Counted from the first letter of the stretch, positions 14,689 through 29,193 are shown. The stretch: 64,000 nucleotides of DNA from Eledone cirrhosa (GCA_964016885.1 OZ024751.1:26474001-26538000); one strand, 5' to 3'. Notes: generated from the letters alone by a model not told the origin. Made by a program: numbers and translations.

Positions 14689-15714
14689 CTTCACCCACAT
14701 ATTCCCGAGAGGGTCGTGGGGGAAGAGTCCTCAAACACTCCTTCCAGTGGGTCCTGTCAGAAGCAATCATTTCCAACTGATCTGGCTGGATCCCCAAGCA
14801 AGACCAGCGAAGTTCATTGATGTTATCCAACCACCTTCCTCGAGGTCTACCCCTGGGTCTCCTGCCAGTTGGTCCAGTGATTCTTTCCTGAGATATTCTA
14901 ACCACATGTCTGTAGTATCGGAGCTGTGATCTCTCAATTCAGAGAAGTACCGGCTCTACCTGAAGTGACTCTCTGATCACTGAGCTACTTTATTGAGTAA
15001 TGTTACTCCAAAGACCCTTCCGATGGACCCCATTTTGGCCACTTGTATTCGTGATCGCATTCTTTCGGTCATTACCCAAGATTCATGACCTTAGGTAAGG
15101 GTTGGCACAAAAACTGAATTGAAGATAGTGAGTTTGGCTTTTACACCCACCTCCTTTCTTCTGATTACTGAAGCTGACGCATTACTGCATCAACTTCTGC
15201 AATTCTTGCATTTAATTCAGCCTCCTGTCTTCCATCACTTGTGAACATGGTCCTGAGATACTTGAACTTCTCCACCTGCTTCAGTGGAACTCCACTCACA
15301 TGTAGGATACACAACGTAGGCTTCCTTGAGATGACGAGTGTCTCAGTTTTTGCAGCACACAGCATCAAACCTATCGAGTGCAAGTCAGAGATCACCTTCT
15401 GTTGAGTTAAGTAACACCATGTCGTCTGTAAATTCCAGTTGACTGATTTTACACCCGCCAGTCATGATACAACTTCCAACCTGGCTGTGCATGTCAATCC
15501 TGTTTATGTAAATAATGAACAGGAGACTCCCACATTGAAAGGTTTTCATTTAGGATCATTTATCTGAACACAAATACTCGGGCATTCGTATAGAGACATC
15601 ATGGCAGCAAGGAGCTGACCATCAATCCCATACTTCTGCAGAACCTTCCACAGCAGGTCTTGAGGACCGCAGTCATATGCCTTTTCAAGGTTGACAAAAA
15701 CAAGAATATACTTC
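14689..15714 (-). mobile_element. 5'-truncated RTE-clade LINE, decayed
   Basis: RT C-terminal motifs (QVEKFKYL, GRRPRGRPRGRWLD); 10-bp direct repeat TTAAAAACTT at 14679-14688 and 15715-15724. Confidence 0.85.
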
Positions 15715-16034
15715 TTAAAAACTTTCTATCATAATTTTATTTAAGAACCTTTGTTAAATTATGCTCCAAATGCTAGCTTAATAAGAAAGCTATTCATATG
15801 ACTAAACCCCTCCAAATCTTTTATTTTCAAAATGATTTGAAAATAATAGGCAGTGTCTTTCATTAGAAATATGGTAATGAAAGGGTCAACCTCTTGTTTT
15901 AATTGATTCAGTTTTCCACTTCGTCTGAGCATGTAACTGACCATAAATTGGTTATATAGCTGGTTGACCAGTCCTTCCAAAGATAAATATAGCCACATGC
16001 ATGACTAGATAGCTAGTGATATATGGGTTGATGT

Positions 16035-16255
16035 TTACCCCTTCATTACCACATTTCTTTATGAAAGACTGCCCATAATTTTCAAATTATATTTTGTAAA
16101 ATAATCAAGAATTCAATTAACTGGTGTTTGGAAAGTATGTTAATAAAGATTATATAATTCAAGGTTTTTATATAAATATAAACACCTTAAAACAAACAGC
16201 TTTGTATTGTAGGAACAGGGGTAGTTTCTGGCAGTTAGGTGAATAAAAGGGTTAA
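16035..16255. mobile_element. piggyBac-like MITE family A; related copies at about 1520-1935, 19310-20530, 20700-20930, 22970-23095, 26760-26915, 27455-27710, 30655-31125 and 63350-64000
   Basis: Dispersed ~250-bp repeat bounded by TTAA|CCCTTT...AAAGGG|TTAA. Confidence 0.55.
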
Positions 16256-17085
16256 TACTTTTCACAAGAATATTTGGAAGAAGTCTTCCAAATATTCTAC
16301 AATCTGAAAAACATACAGCTATGATTACAACCATTTGTTTGACTTCACCATAAGTAAGCTGATTTTTGTGGGTCAAGGTTACATAAATAACCTTGACCCT
16401 ACATATAAATTCTTCTCTTTCTTTCTCTGTGTGTATATATATATAAACAACTAAAAGGGCTGGCAATAGGAAGGGCATCTGACTATAACAATACTCCCCC
16501 AAAGACTCTCTGGTGAGTATTAAGCCTATTATGGGGCCCTCAAGGCAAAACCCTGCCTTTGTAAGGAAAATTACCTTAAAAAGCTTGTTAATATTTTCAC
16601 ATCAAAATAGAAGATAAGTGGTATAAAGACTGGCAGATTTGACCATGGTTATCACTGTGGAATTGAGGTTTCACCTTAACTGACCTTCACTATAAGGCAG
16701 TGTGATAGAGGCATGCTGGGTTAAATGTCTTGCAGTATTAGTTGTGGCTCTCTGCAGTCTGAGTTCAAATTCCACTAAGGTTAATAAATAAAGAACCAGT
16801 TGAGGGCAGTGGATTGTTGCAATTGTTAGTGTCTGTTCCCACTCTGAATTAAAATCCTGTCTCCTGTCACTATAAAATAATAATAGGAGACAGGACCCCT
16901 ATCAGAAGCAACCTTATTGGAGACTGGTAGCTAACCCTAGACAGGTGTGAGCTGTAATATTGTTGATTAAGCTGACAACCTTGTAATAGCAATAACTACA
17001 AAGGTGTCCAATCAGCTGAACAATACCTCCAGTTTTATTGTCATATGTTATCAGGAAAATCAGTTCGACCAAGACAAAGATTAAA

Positions 17086-17271
17086 ACACTTTAGCATTTA
17101 AACTGGCTGTATCCTGCTAAAACTCTCTCACCTCTTCCTGTTCAAACTGGCAGCTCATACTTATGTTAGGGTATTGTTCTCAAAATAAAAATACTGATAT
17201 TATGTGAGATTAAGTGTTTACCATGAAAATACAATAGTATATATAGAGTAATGTAAATGCTAAAGGGTTAA
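17086..17271. mobile_element. piggyBac-like MITE family B; second copy at about 18045-18249, and a terminus at 28293
   Basis: Inverted ends CTTTAGCATTTA...TAAATGCTAAAGGG|TTAA. Confidence 0.55.
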
Positions 17272-18849
17272 CCCTTTGTATTGGTCCTTGACCTATTCAC
17301 CTTCTGTATTAGTTAAGTTTAGGTATTGGACACATGCCTCCACCAAATTCTAGTTGACACCACCCATCTGTATAGCTGCAAGATGTGGCCAATGAGAATG
17401 GCTGACTTACACAAACTGAAAGTGTTGCATTCTGCTTAGGATTTTGAGTCAAACTCTGAAAGTTGTCACTAATGTGACTAATAGAGACCCCTTTTTTCAA
17501 AAGGGGTCTCTATTGGTTTGGTCACTCAATCAGTTGTCCATGGAGCAAACAAATCTGTGACAGTTACATTAGGGCCCCTTCCATAACGCTATAATGGCGA
17601 GGTGGGTAATTGAAAAATGTGGATTAGTCCAATTGAGATCTAGAATTAACATCTAGTCTTCACATATATGGTGTCCAACATTGGAATAATCCCTGCAAGT
17701 CTTCACATATATGGTGTCCAATATTAGAATCATCACTGCTTCACATTATATGGTGTCCAATGCTGGAATCATCACTGGTTTATAATCCTGTACTAGGAAT
17801 GGTCAACTTCTTTTTGTGATGTTTAGGATTCACTGGTTGAAGTCAGCCCTATTTATCCTGGTACAACACCAACACAAGTTTAAGTACTCTATCGGTATAT
17901 AACCCCACCACCCTCATTTTTAGAAAGAAGTTTAAGTAAAAACAAATGAAAGGCTCATGAGCCCAGCAATGATGTAGATATCTCAATACAAATATTTACA
18001 ACACTTAAAAGGTAAAGTATACAAAAGAAATATCACAGCTGCTTTAATGTTTCAGCATTTAAACCGGCCATATCTGGCCAGAATTATCTCACCTCTTTCT
18101 CTACAAACAGGCCGCTCATACTGATGTCATGGTATTGTTCACAAAATAAATAATATCAAATTTTCATAGATTTGATATGATGTGAGGTAAAGCCTTTACC
18201 ACGAAAATATAATAATAAATATAGAATAATGTAAATGCTAAAGAGTTAATGAATTACAAACTAGTTACATTACAGATTTTACTTTTACAGAAATAAAATA
18301 ATTTTTCACTTTTACAAAAAAGTAGTATGATCATATAACATGCAGGTAGATTTTAGGCCCCAAAGTTTATGAAAAAATGTGGCTTATACACTGACAAATA
18401 TGGTAATTTTGAGCACACAGTGTACTGAGTTATAGAACTCTGAAGCTACATTCCTGTTTAAACTGACACAGAAAAGTAAATTACACATTTTCATTAATAT
18501 CATCATTTTTACATCTTTGTTGGACATGAATATTGGAGTTAGTGTTTTATGACCAGATGTTCTTGACTGACCCTTTTGGCCACTTCTTACAACATGCTAG
18601 AATACTGTGTGTCCATTCTGAAAAAGCTGGGATAAATCAAAGTATATATCATACATATGTGATAAACCAAAATTAACAATGTGTATCTGGTTTAGAATAG
18701 GTAAACTGTATCCTTGTAAGTTGTAAAAAGCAACTAAAGGGATGGTGCCAGGAAGAGTATCTGGTTGTAAAACATTGCTTCAAAAACTCACATCCAACCC
18801 ATGCCAGTATGGAAAAGTTGACACAAAAGTTATGTTGATGTTGATAAAA

Positions 18850-19259
18850 CCACACAGATGTGATAAACCAAAGTACATGACACATATGATAAACCAAAGT
18901 ACACCACACAGATGTGATAAACCATAGTACACCACACAGATGTGATAAACCAAAGTACACCACACAGATGTGATAAACCAAAGTACACCACACAGATGTG
19001 ATAAACCAAAGTACATTACACAGATGTGATAAACCAAAGTACACCACACAGATGTGATAAACCAAAGTACATTTCAGATGTGATAAACCAAAGTACACTA
19101 CACAGATGTGATAAACCAAAGTACACTACACAGATGTGATAAACCAAAGTACACTACACAGATGTGATAAACCAAAGTACACCACACAGATGTGATAAAC
19201 CAAAGTACACTACACAGATGTGATAAACCAAAGTACACTACACAGATGTGATAAACCAA
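18850..19259. repeat. 28-bp minisatellite
   Basis: Repeated GATGTGATAAACCAAAGTACACCACACA. Confidence 0.95.
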
Positions 19260-19429
19260 TTTAAAATAAACTGTAATGGAAAGTAATTTATTTTTCTATT
19301 TACTCGACTGTTACCATATTTCTAATGAAATCCACTGCCTATGGCTTTCAAATCATTTTGGAAATCATGAATTTGGAGAGATTTAACAATATAACTTTCA
19401 TTACTGAGCTGTTTAGAATATAACTTAAG

Positions 19430-20420
19430 TTCAGCGCCCTGTCTTCCATCACTTGTGAACACAGCCCCCGAAATACTTGAACTTCTCCACCTGCTTCAGT
19501 GGAACTCCATTCACAGCACAGGCTTCCTTGAGAGGATGTGTGCCTCAGTTTTCGCAGCACTAATTTTCATTCCAGCCATGCAGCACTCGGCATTCAAGTG
19601 CAACTCACGTCACCTACTGTAAAGTTAAGTAACACCAGGTCATCTGCAAATTCCAGCCAACTGATCTTATAGCCGCCAGTTGTAATACCACTTCCAACCC
19701 AGCTGCACATGTCAATAATGAACAGGAGAGGTGACAGTATGCACCCTTGGCGGAGTCCGACTCCCACATTGAATGGTTTTCATTTAGCACCATTTATCAA
19801 AACACAAAAACTTGGGTATTCATATAGAGATATCAGGGCAAGAAGCTGTCCATCAATCCTCTACTACTGAATTAAGTGCAAGAATTGTAGGAGCTGGTGC
19901 AGTAATGCACCAATTTTGGCATTCGGTAATCAGAAGAAGGAAGGTAGGTGTAAAAGCCAAACTCTCTATCTTCAAAATGGTATTTGTGCCAACCCTTACC
20001 TATGGTCATGAATCTTGGGTAATAACCGAAAGACTAAGATCATGAATAAAAGCAGCTGAAATGAAGTTCCTCCTAAGGGTATTTGGAGCAACCTTACACA
20101 ATAGAGCTCAGAAATCAGAGAGTCACTTCAGGTAGAGCCGCTACTTCTCCAAATTAAGAGATCACAGCTCTGATACTATGGGCATGTGGTTAAGAAGTCT
20201 CAGGAAAGAATCGCTGGACAGATGTTATGGGCAAAACCAACCTGCAAGAGACCCAGGAGTAGACTCCAAGCAAGATGGTTGGATAACATCCATGAGCTTG
20301 GCTTGTCTCACTTGGGGATCCAGCCGGATCAGTTGGAGATGGTTGCTTCTGAAAGGAGTGTTTGATGACTCTGCCCCACGCAACCCTCTCAGGAATAAGT
20401 GGGTGAGGAACAAGAAAAGA
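19430..20420. mobile_element. RTE LINE of the same family with an inverted 5' segment (19430-~19860 minus; ~19866-20420 plus)
   Basis: Both halves align by eye to the 14689-15714 copy in opposite orientations; peptide KLSIFKMVFVPTLTYGHESW. Confidence 0.85.
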
Positions 20421-21017
20421 AGGTTCTTAAATAAAATTATAATGGAAGGTGTTTAAATACACTTTAAAATGAGCAGTTTTTGTATCATAGAGGCAAAGGC
20501 AGTTTCAGGTGCTGTGATATTAAGAGTTAAGGATATGAGGGAGGTCTGTAGGTTTTAACATCTGATCTGCTTCCTCTATTATATGCAGGATATATTATTT
20601 TTTTCTTTTGATCTACTGGGTGGAGTTTATCACTTCCAAAGAAACTTCAAAAACATATCTGAAGTGGGGTTTTTTTTTTTTGCATGATTTTTTAACAACT
20701 ATATTTTGTAAACATATTTCTGATAAAATACACTGCCTATGATTTTTAATTAATTGTCAAAATAATCAAGAATTTGTGAGGATTTACTAAGATAACATGT
20801 TCAATTTTAAGCTGGTGTTTGAAACAACAAATTTTCTTACATAAAATTATGGAAGGTTCTTAGATAAATATGAACACTTTAAAATAAATAGATTTGAATC
20901 AAAGAATGAGGGGAGGTATTAGAAAGGTTAAGTGATAAACAAGTATTTTAAGGCCATTTTCTCTATTAAAACACTTGTTAGACACAAAGAGTTAACCCTT
21001 TTCTTTCCATATTTCTA

Positions 21018-21357
21018 ATCATCATCATCATCATTTTATGTCCGCTTTTCCCTGCTTGCAAGGGTGGGACGGGAACTGATTCTGGCTTGATTTCTACAGC
21101 TGGATGCCCTTCCTAACACCAACCTCATTTTACAGTGAGTGCTGTGTGCTTTTTTGCCGTGGCACCTACACGACCACTTTGCAGTGGAATGATAAGGACC
21201 CCAGTCCCTATCATCTCATTTCTACAGCTGAGTAAACTGGAGCAATGTGAAATAAAGTGTCTTGCTCAAGGAAACAACACATCACCCGGTCTGAGAATTG
21301 AACTCACAACCTTTTGATTGCAAGGCCAATGCTCTAACCACTAAGCCATGTGCCTCC
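21018..21357 (-). mobile_element. SINE family A copy
   Basis: Reverse complement of 33143-33462. Confidence 0.85.
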
Positions 21358-24004
21358 TTCTAATGTATGTGTATATATGAAGTTGTAACTTCTGGTGGAA
21401 TTGTAGGGGCAGAACAGTGACATAACTAGGGCACTTTAAACCTGGTGGAGCCCATCCCATTTTCCAGGCCTGAACACAGTTGATTTCTTCCAAATAAAGA
21501 GAAAATGAGAGAGAGAAAAAGAGAAAAAAAATTTAAAGGAAGAATTGACCCCAGTACCGGAATCCAGGCTGGCTCGATCTGTGGCAAATATTTTTTTAAT
21601 ATATATACACACATACACATGTATATATCAATGTAATTAATAGGTTCCACTTCCTTGTGCCCTGAAGCTGTATTTTATATATGAAATGTAATTAATAGTT
21701 CCCACTTCCTTGCGTCCTGAAGCTGTGAAATGCTTCAGGGTTTTGTTTTCAAGTTTTCTACAGTTTTACTTTCCTGCCCTACTACTCACACATCAGAGTA
21801 TATCATTTCATGGCCAATTCCTACAAGTGTCAACCTTCAATAGATTTTCTTTATTAGTCAGTGGTTTGTTCTTTATAATTTTCTTCTTCTTCATCTCATC
21901 ATAATTTTACTATCCCTCACAATCTTATTTTTCTGATGCTTTTATTTTCTTCTCTGGGATATACTGTATATACTTGTATAGGTTGCAACTCAATTTTATG
22001 TACAACATTCTTGCTTCAGTCCATTTCAACTGATATTTTCTAGATCAAGTAGATAAGTCACATGTTGGTTTTTATGTTGTATTTTTGGAGAGAAAAGGTG
22101 CAATTTATACACAAGTAAATATGGTGATATATCAGGGGTGGAGAAATCTGTAAAGTGTGCTTTTCCGGAACAAGTTCAAATTTTACATTTAAAATACAAA
22201 ACATTTTCATTAATTTCATAATATTTACATAATTACATAACAGCTTAACAATTAGGGTATTTATTTCATGATTGTAAGACTGTGAGTTCAATCCCTGGAT
22301 TAGGTAGAGTGTTGGGTTCTTTAGCAAAACCTTTTATTTCCCCTTGCTCCAGTTCACTCAGCTGAAAATAAGTATTAGTAGCAGTAGCTAGGGGTTAACC
22401 CTGAAATGAACTGGCATCCCATCCAAATAGATTTCTACTCTTAATTGCTCAATTCCAGGATAATCTTTCTCCTTCATCCAACCCATACCCGCATAGAAAA
22501 CCAATGGTAAAAACAACATATGTTTATCCCATGATTGTTTTTTCCCCCCAGATATTTTCAGAATTTAAAACAAGATTACATCAATACTTTTTACATCTAC
22601 CTGTCCCTAAATAATCAATGTCATAAGTACATTAATATTGATGAAAATATAAACAATGTTAACAATATAAACAACAGTTAACAGACAACATAGTAATTAA
22701 AGAATAAGACAAATATTCTTAAAATAAATCAGAGTCCCAAGGGGTAGTTACAGTAATAGGGTTGGACGCCATGCTTTGCAGCATGGAGTTACGGCCCTTT
22801 ATGGTCTGAGTTCAAATCTCGCCGAGGTCAATTTTGCCTTTCATCCTTACGGGGTCGATAAAATAAAGCACCAGTAATTCACTGAGGTAATTTCTGGCCT
22901 TGTGCCCAAAGTAGAAACAATTTTATTAGTAGCAACATTCAAAATAGTTCATTAGTTCTTTTGATACTAAACCACTCCTGGTTCTATGGTACAAAAGTGT
23001 TCATGTTTATCTAAAAAAATTGTATTAACTTATGTTTCAAACACCAGATTAATGTGAATGTTAGTTATATTACTAAAACTCTCTAAATTTCCTGGCATCT
23101 TAGAAAATGTTTATACCCCGTAGTGTCACAGCCTAGTGTTTTGAATATGTTGGCTTCATTACTTAATATTTTAAATCCAGAGCAAGTTTTGCCAGATAAT
23201 TCACACGTGGCTTTTGCACCCAATTTTCATAGTAAAAAAAACGACTTATCTACGAGTAATACACAGTATATTTTCACAAATTTAATTATATATTTTTTGT
23301 ATCTTTAATTAGGTATCATTATGAATTTTCGAAACTATAAATCTAACTTCTACTCTGCTTTTTTCTTAGAGAGCTTCTAAAAAGAAACATTTTGATACTT
23401 CAATTGTGAAATTTGGATATTTTAGGAAATACTAACAGAATGGCCCAGGATTCTAAACATAGATTGGCATGTTTATCCCTCCTTTCTGAAACAGTTTTGT
23501 TGTATGTTCACCAATTGATGCAGAAGTTCTAATAAAAAGTAAAGTCGCCTTGGGTGAATAGGCAAATAATTTTCCATTAAGATTTTTCAAAAGCATGTAA
23601 TTGCGTTCCCTCTCTTTTTTGTTGTTGTTTTTGCTGCTGTTGGTGTGATAGCAGCCATTGGTCGTACTACTAACACAGTCTCGTCCTTCTTCAGCCAATC
23701 GTGTATATCCCCTTCTGCCTCGTCAGCAATGAGAACAATATTTGCTCTAGGGTTCTTATATATTTGATATATATTTATCCTTATCGAGCCTCGTGAAATA
23801 AATACGTTTGTTTATATTTTGTTATTGTGTATGCAAAAATATCTGTACATGAATATATAATTATATATATATATATATATATATATTAAAATAACAGATT
23901 AAAGTTTAAGCGAAGAATCGCTGCTTTCACCCTTAACGGGATCTTCTGAAACTAAAAAAAATCAATCTGTGAACACAGAAGTAAATATTTCGAAAAAAGT
24001 TACA

Positions 24005-24107
<103 letters not shown>

Positions 24108-24109
24108 GA

Positions 24110-24376
24110 CAGTGTCATAATGCAGACAGATATTATAAGGGCGTGGCGTTATCGCTATGTATCTATCTAAAAAGATAGACTAAGAAAGACAGAGAGATCG
24201 CAAACAGCCGCCTAATGCGGTCTCTAGGGCATTGAAAATTTGAACTATTTTTTGCTCAAAACACTCACACGACCATAAGTATTACATGTGTAAAGTTTGA
24301 AAAAAAATCGGTTAGGTGGTTCTCGAGTTTTAGGGAGTCAGACAGACAGACATTCTCTGTTTTAGATATATAGATG
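24110..24376 (-). mobile_element. Probable non-autonomous Helitron-like element (Lep1/HINE-like)
   Basis: AAAATCGGTTAGGTGGTTCTCGAG...(CAGA)n...TATATAGAT arrangement recalled from such elements. Confidence 0.4.
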
Positions 24377-24409
24377 ACAATGGTCAGTGAATTGGTCAAA
24401 TATTCTATT

Positions 24410-24900
24410 CTAGGGCGGGTAAAATTCCCGAGATCCATAGACGAGTTCTCTCCAGAGGTCTCTGTCCCTCATTATCGCTGCCATGTCCTGCGTCTCTAAC
24501 AGACCAGTGTCTGTCCTTAGGGCATCAACATACGTTAACCTTGGTCTTCCTCTTCCAGTGTGTCCATGTAGGGGCTCCCACAGGAGCACTGAGTGCAATG
24601 TCAACTCTGGATGTCGGTGAGCATGTCCAGCTAACCTCAGTCTCCTCTGTGTCACTTTTGAGCTGACTTTTGGGAGGCTCCCATACAGCTCTGAGTTTTT
24701 CATCCTCAGTGTATACTGATTAATGTTCAGAGCCATCCTCAGCATTCTTGTGTAGCACCCATCCACCATCTGAGTGAGTTTCTTCGTCAGTGTCCAAGTC
24801 TCAGACCCGTACAGCAGCACAGACTCCACTACAGCAATGAAGAGGTGGATTTTCAGGTCTTTACGAAGGTCCGACTTCCACACCGATCTCAAGCTTGTCA
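24410..24900 (-). mobile_element. RTE-type LINE 3' fragment with an open ORF
   Basis: ESVLLYGSETWTLT...RRLRLAGHAHRH...GRGRPRLTYVD. Confidence 0.88.
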
Positions 24901-25004
24901 AAATCTTGTCTAATTAGGCCGAAATGAATGATAAGCCATATTTGTGATGTCATATCTTTGAAACTGAAGTGATAATCATCTTCAAATTACTCAATTTAAT
25001 AGTG

Positions 25005-25625
25005 TCCATGGATGTATGTGTAATAATAATATACATGAACAGCAAAGTGTAAAAGAAATAAAAGAGAAACTAGGTATAAGAAGGATCAGATGCAGTATGC
25101 TAGAGAGGAGATTGTGTTGGTATGGTCATGTGATGCATATGGAGGGTGACAGTGGTATAAAAAGGTGCAGGGCGATCAAAATTGATGGAAGCCTTTGAGT
25201 AGAAAGACTTGGGATGAGGTGATAAAAGCTGACCATGCACAACTGAACCTCTCAAAGACAATGACACAGGATCAAGATCTTTGGCGTTACGCAGTAATAC
25301 AGAAGACACGCCTTCCCATGCACACAGAGTCAAACATATACCTAGTAGACACCTCTTAACCACTATACCCCCACCCATTTCTGTCCACACCACCCTTATA
25401 CTGTGAACAAAACATATCCAGTACACACTGTAAAGAGGTTGTGTAGGAGTCATGGCTAAAAGCACCCAGTACACTCTGTAAAGTGGTTAACGTTAGGAAA
25501 GGCATCCATCCATAGAAACAGTCATATATGAGTAAGATATGGGCACCCGACGCAACTTACCTCAAATGAGATGACTCGTCTAACCCATGCTAGCGTGGAA
25601 TATGGACATTAAACGATGATGATGA
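25005..25625 (+). mobile_element. Decayed RTE LINE 3' end with SINE-shared tail and (GAT)n
   Basis: ERRLCWYGHVMHM peptide; ends in GGACATTAAACGATGATGAT. Confidence 0.65.
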
Positions 25626-28337
25626 TAATAGCAGTTGCCTATTTTTTTCAGGTTCTTGAAAATGAAACCTTTTTAGGGGAATTTTTTAAATATTTATATA
25701 AAACCTATTTTGTTGCATGTAACAATCAATTTCGTAAAGTGAGCGTAAGCTTTTCATGTTTTCAGACCTAGCTAAATTCCAAATTACAAGCCACAGGGAC
25801 TTGCATTTTAGTACATTTGTAGTAGATATAGAACTAAGTAAATTGTGAGATTTGGGGACATGATACCACTTCAATAAAATTTTAATGGAGTATTGAAAAT
25901 GACTATAAACAATTAAACTACAGTGATTAAAGACCGTTGCAAGCTTTTCATGCATTTTTAGACATGGCTATATTACGATCCGTTATCTGTAGGGGGCTCA
26001 GTTTTCATACACTGGTACGGGGTATATGACTAAACCCTCTGAACTTTACAATACATTTAATAAGTACTCCTGTAGAGCTCCACGAAAGGGGCGACACACA
26101 CAGTTTGCTTGATCCATTTTTTCAATGGACAATTATATATCATTTGAAAGTTCTGGATGTGAACTTTCTTCTCATACTTTTGATCAAAATCCAACACTTG
26201 CATATGCCAAGTTGCAAATTCAATATGGGCATTGTCGTGGTTTAAAAGTCAACCAACATGTTACTAAGTTCTCTTACAATGTGTTCACTAAAATTATTCA
26301 ATTTTATTTAATTATTAAAAACTTTCTCAGAATTGCATGTAGACCTAGATTAAAAAACAAACAAAATGTGAAAACTAATTCCTGTAAGTAAGAGAGAGAG
26401 AGAGGGGGGGGGGGATAAACATATCCCCAGTACTTGTCAAAATGTAAACAAACCACACCTATATTAAAAATTGGGCAAATGTAAAACAAGACAAATGTAA
26501 ATGGGTAGGAATAAGGGGTGTGAGAGAGAGGATCTGTCATGATATGTATATGTCAGATTTTAATCAAAAGTATATAAGAAAGTTCACATCCAAAACTTTC
26601 AAATGATATATAATTGTTCACAGAATAAAAAAATGTATTTTGACATGAAAATGATCAAGCAAAAAAAGGATTTTGGGGTGGTCAAACTGTGCTTGCTTCA
26701 ATTCTATACTATCAACAAACTGTGATACCTACTTTAATAGAATTTTTCTTCAACTTCTTTAATCCTTTTTACACCAAACCACCTGAAACTGCTCATGGTT
26801 CTGCAATAGAAAACTGTGTTTAAGGTGTTTATATTTATCTTAAAACCCCTCTATTATAATGTTAAGTAATGATCCAAATACTGCCTATAATTTTCAAAAT
26901 TATTTGAAAATCATAGACCACCTTTTTGAGTACAAATATGCTAATGTAAGTTTTGTATGGTCTCTGTTAGGGAGAAATATTACTGGTATATATTTATAAA
27001 AAAAAAAAAAAAAAAAAAATCCAAAACAGATCCCAAATTTTCAATTGAGAAATATTTAGTGGAAAATGTCATTGAAAACTGCCATTAAATGTAACTATAA
27101 CAAACATGTCACGTTACTGTCATGTTGGACAGAAAACAGTAAAACTTGTGTGCAGCTGGTGCAAGGAAACAGCAGATGTGCAGCTGGTGCAAGGAAACAG
27201 CAGTACATCTTAGCAAAATAACATTTCACAAGAACATTCCAGAAACAACAGCTATACCTACTAATTAGTACCTGTAATTACTGGTATACCTACTAATTAG
27301 TACTTGTAATTGTTGGTACACCTACTAATTAGTATCTGTCATTACTGGTATGCCTACTAATTAGTACCTGTAATTACTGGTATGCCTAGTAATTAATATC
27401 TAATCTGTAATTACTGGTACACTTCACTATATGTATTATCAACTATAAGAGCCATTTGTTACCATATTTCAAATGATAGACACTGCCTACAATTTTTAAA
27501 TAATTTTGAAACTAATTAAGACCATGAAGGGATTTAGTAATATAAATGATTATTTTCATTATTAAGCTGGTGTTTGGAATATAACTGAACAAAGATTCTT
27601 GCTTGCAATTATGATGGAAGGTTATTAGATAAATACAAACACATTAAAACAGTTTTATAAAGTAGAAACAGGGTCGGTTTCAGGTGGGATTTGGTGCCAA
27701 AAGTGTTAAGAAGTAACCCTTAAAAACTTTTACAATGTCAAAAACAAAAACAAAACAAAAATACAAATCATGATTGGGTATCGATACTTTTTAGTGTAAG
27801 GGAGAAAAGTAGATATGAAATATATTTATATAATCTTTTGTTCAAGTGACTCAAACCGTTATCTTCATTCAACAAAACTGATAGACACAGGCCTTTTGTA
27901 GATATAGACATAGAAGAGATATGATTTCAGCTACTTAAACACACAGAGAAGAAAAAGCCCACAGTAAAAACTAAAATATAGAAACAGACAATATTAGGCC
28001 AACAGCATGAATTACTAAGCCAGATAGTATATTATGGGGGAGGAGTGGTGGATGGTAAACATCTACTGGAAGATGCTCCAGTGAGATGAAGCTTGTCATC
28101 CATAGCAATGGTGTAAGTCCTGTAGTCATGTCATACTGTTGTGGGTATGGTCTTCCCCTGGCTCAGAAGCCTGAGCATGTTGTGTTCTAGGTCCCAAAAT
28201 TTGAAGTCTTGGATGATACTACGTGTCATCATCATCTAATGTCCATTTCCCCACTAGCAAGAATTTGACTGATTGTCAGACTAAGTCAGCACTTAACCCT
28301 TTAACATTTACATTATATATTCTATTGTATATTCAAA

Positions 28338-29193
28338 ATGAGCTGGAGTTTGGTTCTAATGATAGCCTCATACCAGATTGGGATCAAGATGAGCTGGAGT
28401 CTAGTTCTAAGGATCAAGATGAGTTGGAGTCTAGTTCTAAGGATCAAGATGAGCTGGAGTCTAGTTCTAAGGATCAAGATGAGCTGGTGTCTAGTTCTAA
28501 GGATCAGGATGAGCTGGAGTTTAGTTTTAAGGATCAAGATGAGCTGGAGTCTAGTTCTAAGGATCAAGATGAGCTGGTGTCTAGTTCTAAGGATCAGGAT
28601 GAGCTGGAGTCTAGTTCTAAGGATCAAGATGAGCTGGAGTCTAGTTCTAAGGATCAAGATGAGCTGGAGTCTAGTTTTAAGGATCAAGATGAGTTGGAGT
28701 CTAGTTCTAAGGATCAAGATGAGTTGGAGTCTAGTTCTAAGGATCAAGATGAGCTGGAGTCTAGTTCTAAGGATCAAGATGAGCTGGTGTCTAGTTCTAA
28801 GGATCAGGATGAGCTGGAGTTTAGTTTTAAGGATCAAGATGAGCTGGAGTCTAGTTCTAAGGATCAAGATGAGCTGGTGTCTAGTTCTAAGGATCAGGAT
28901 GAGCTGGAGTCTAGTTCTAAGGATCAAGATGAGCTGGAGTCTAGTTCTAAGGATCAAGATGAGCTGGAGTCTAGTTCTAAGGATCAAGATGAGCTGGAGT
29001 CTAGTTCTAAGGATCAAGATGAGCTGGTGTCTAGTTCTAAGGATCAGGATGAGCTGGTGTCTAGTTCTGAGGATCAGGATGAGCTGGAGTCTAGTTCTAA
29101 GGATCAAGATGAGCTGGAGTCTAGTTCTAAGGATCAAGACAAGCTGGTGTCTAGTTCTAATGATAGCCTTGTACCTGACTGGGATCAGGATGA
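28338..29193. repeat. 30-bp tandem repeat (~26 copies) with 300-bp higher-order structure
   Basis: Unit GGATCAAGATGAGCTGGAGTCTAGTTCTAA; the same variant series recurs at 28471 and 28771. Confidence 0.95.
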
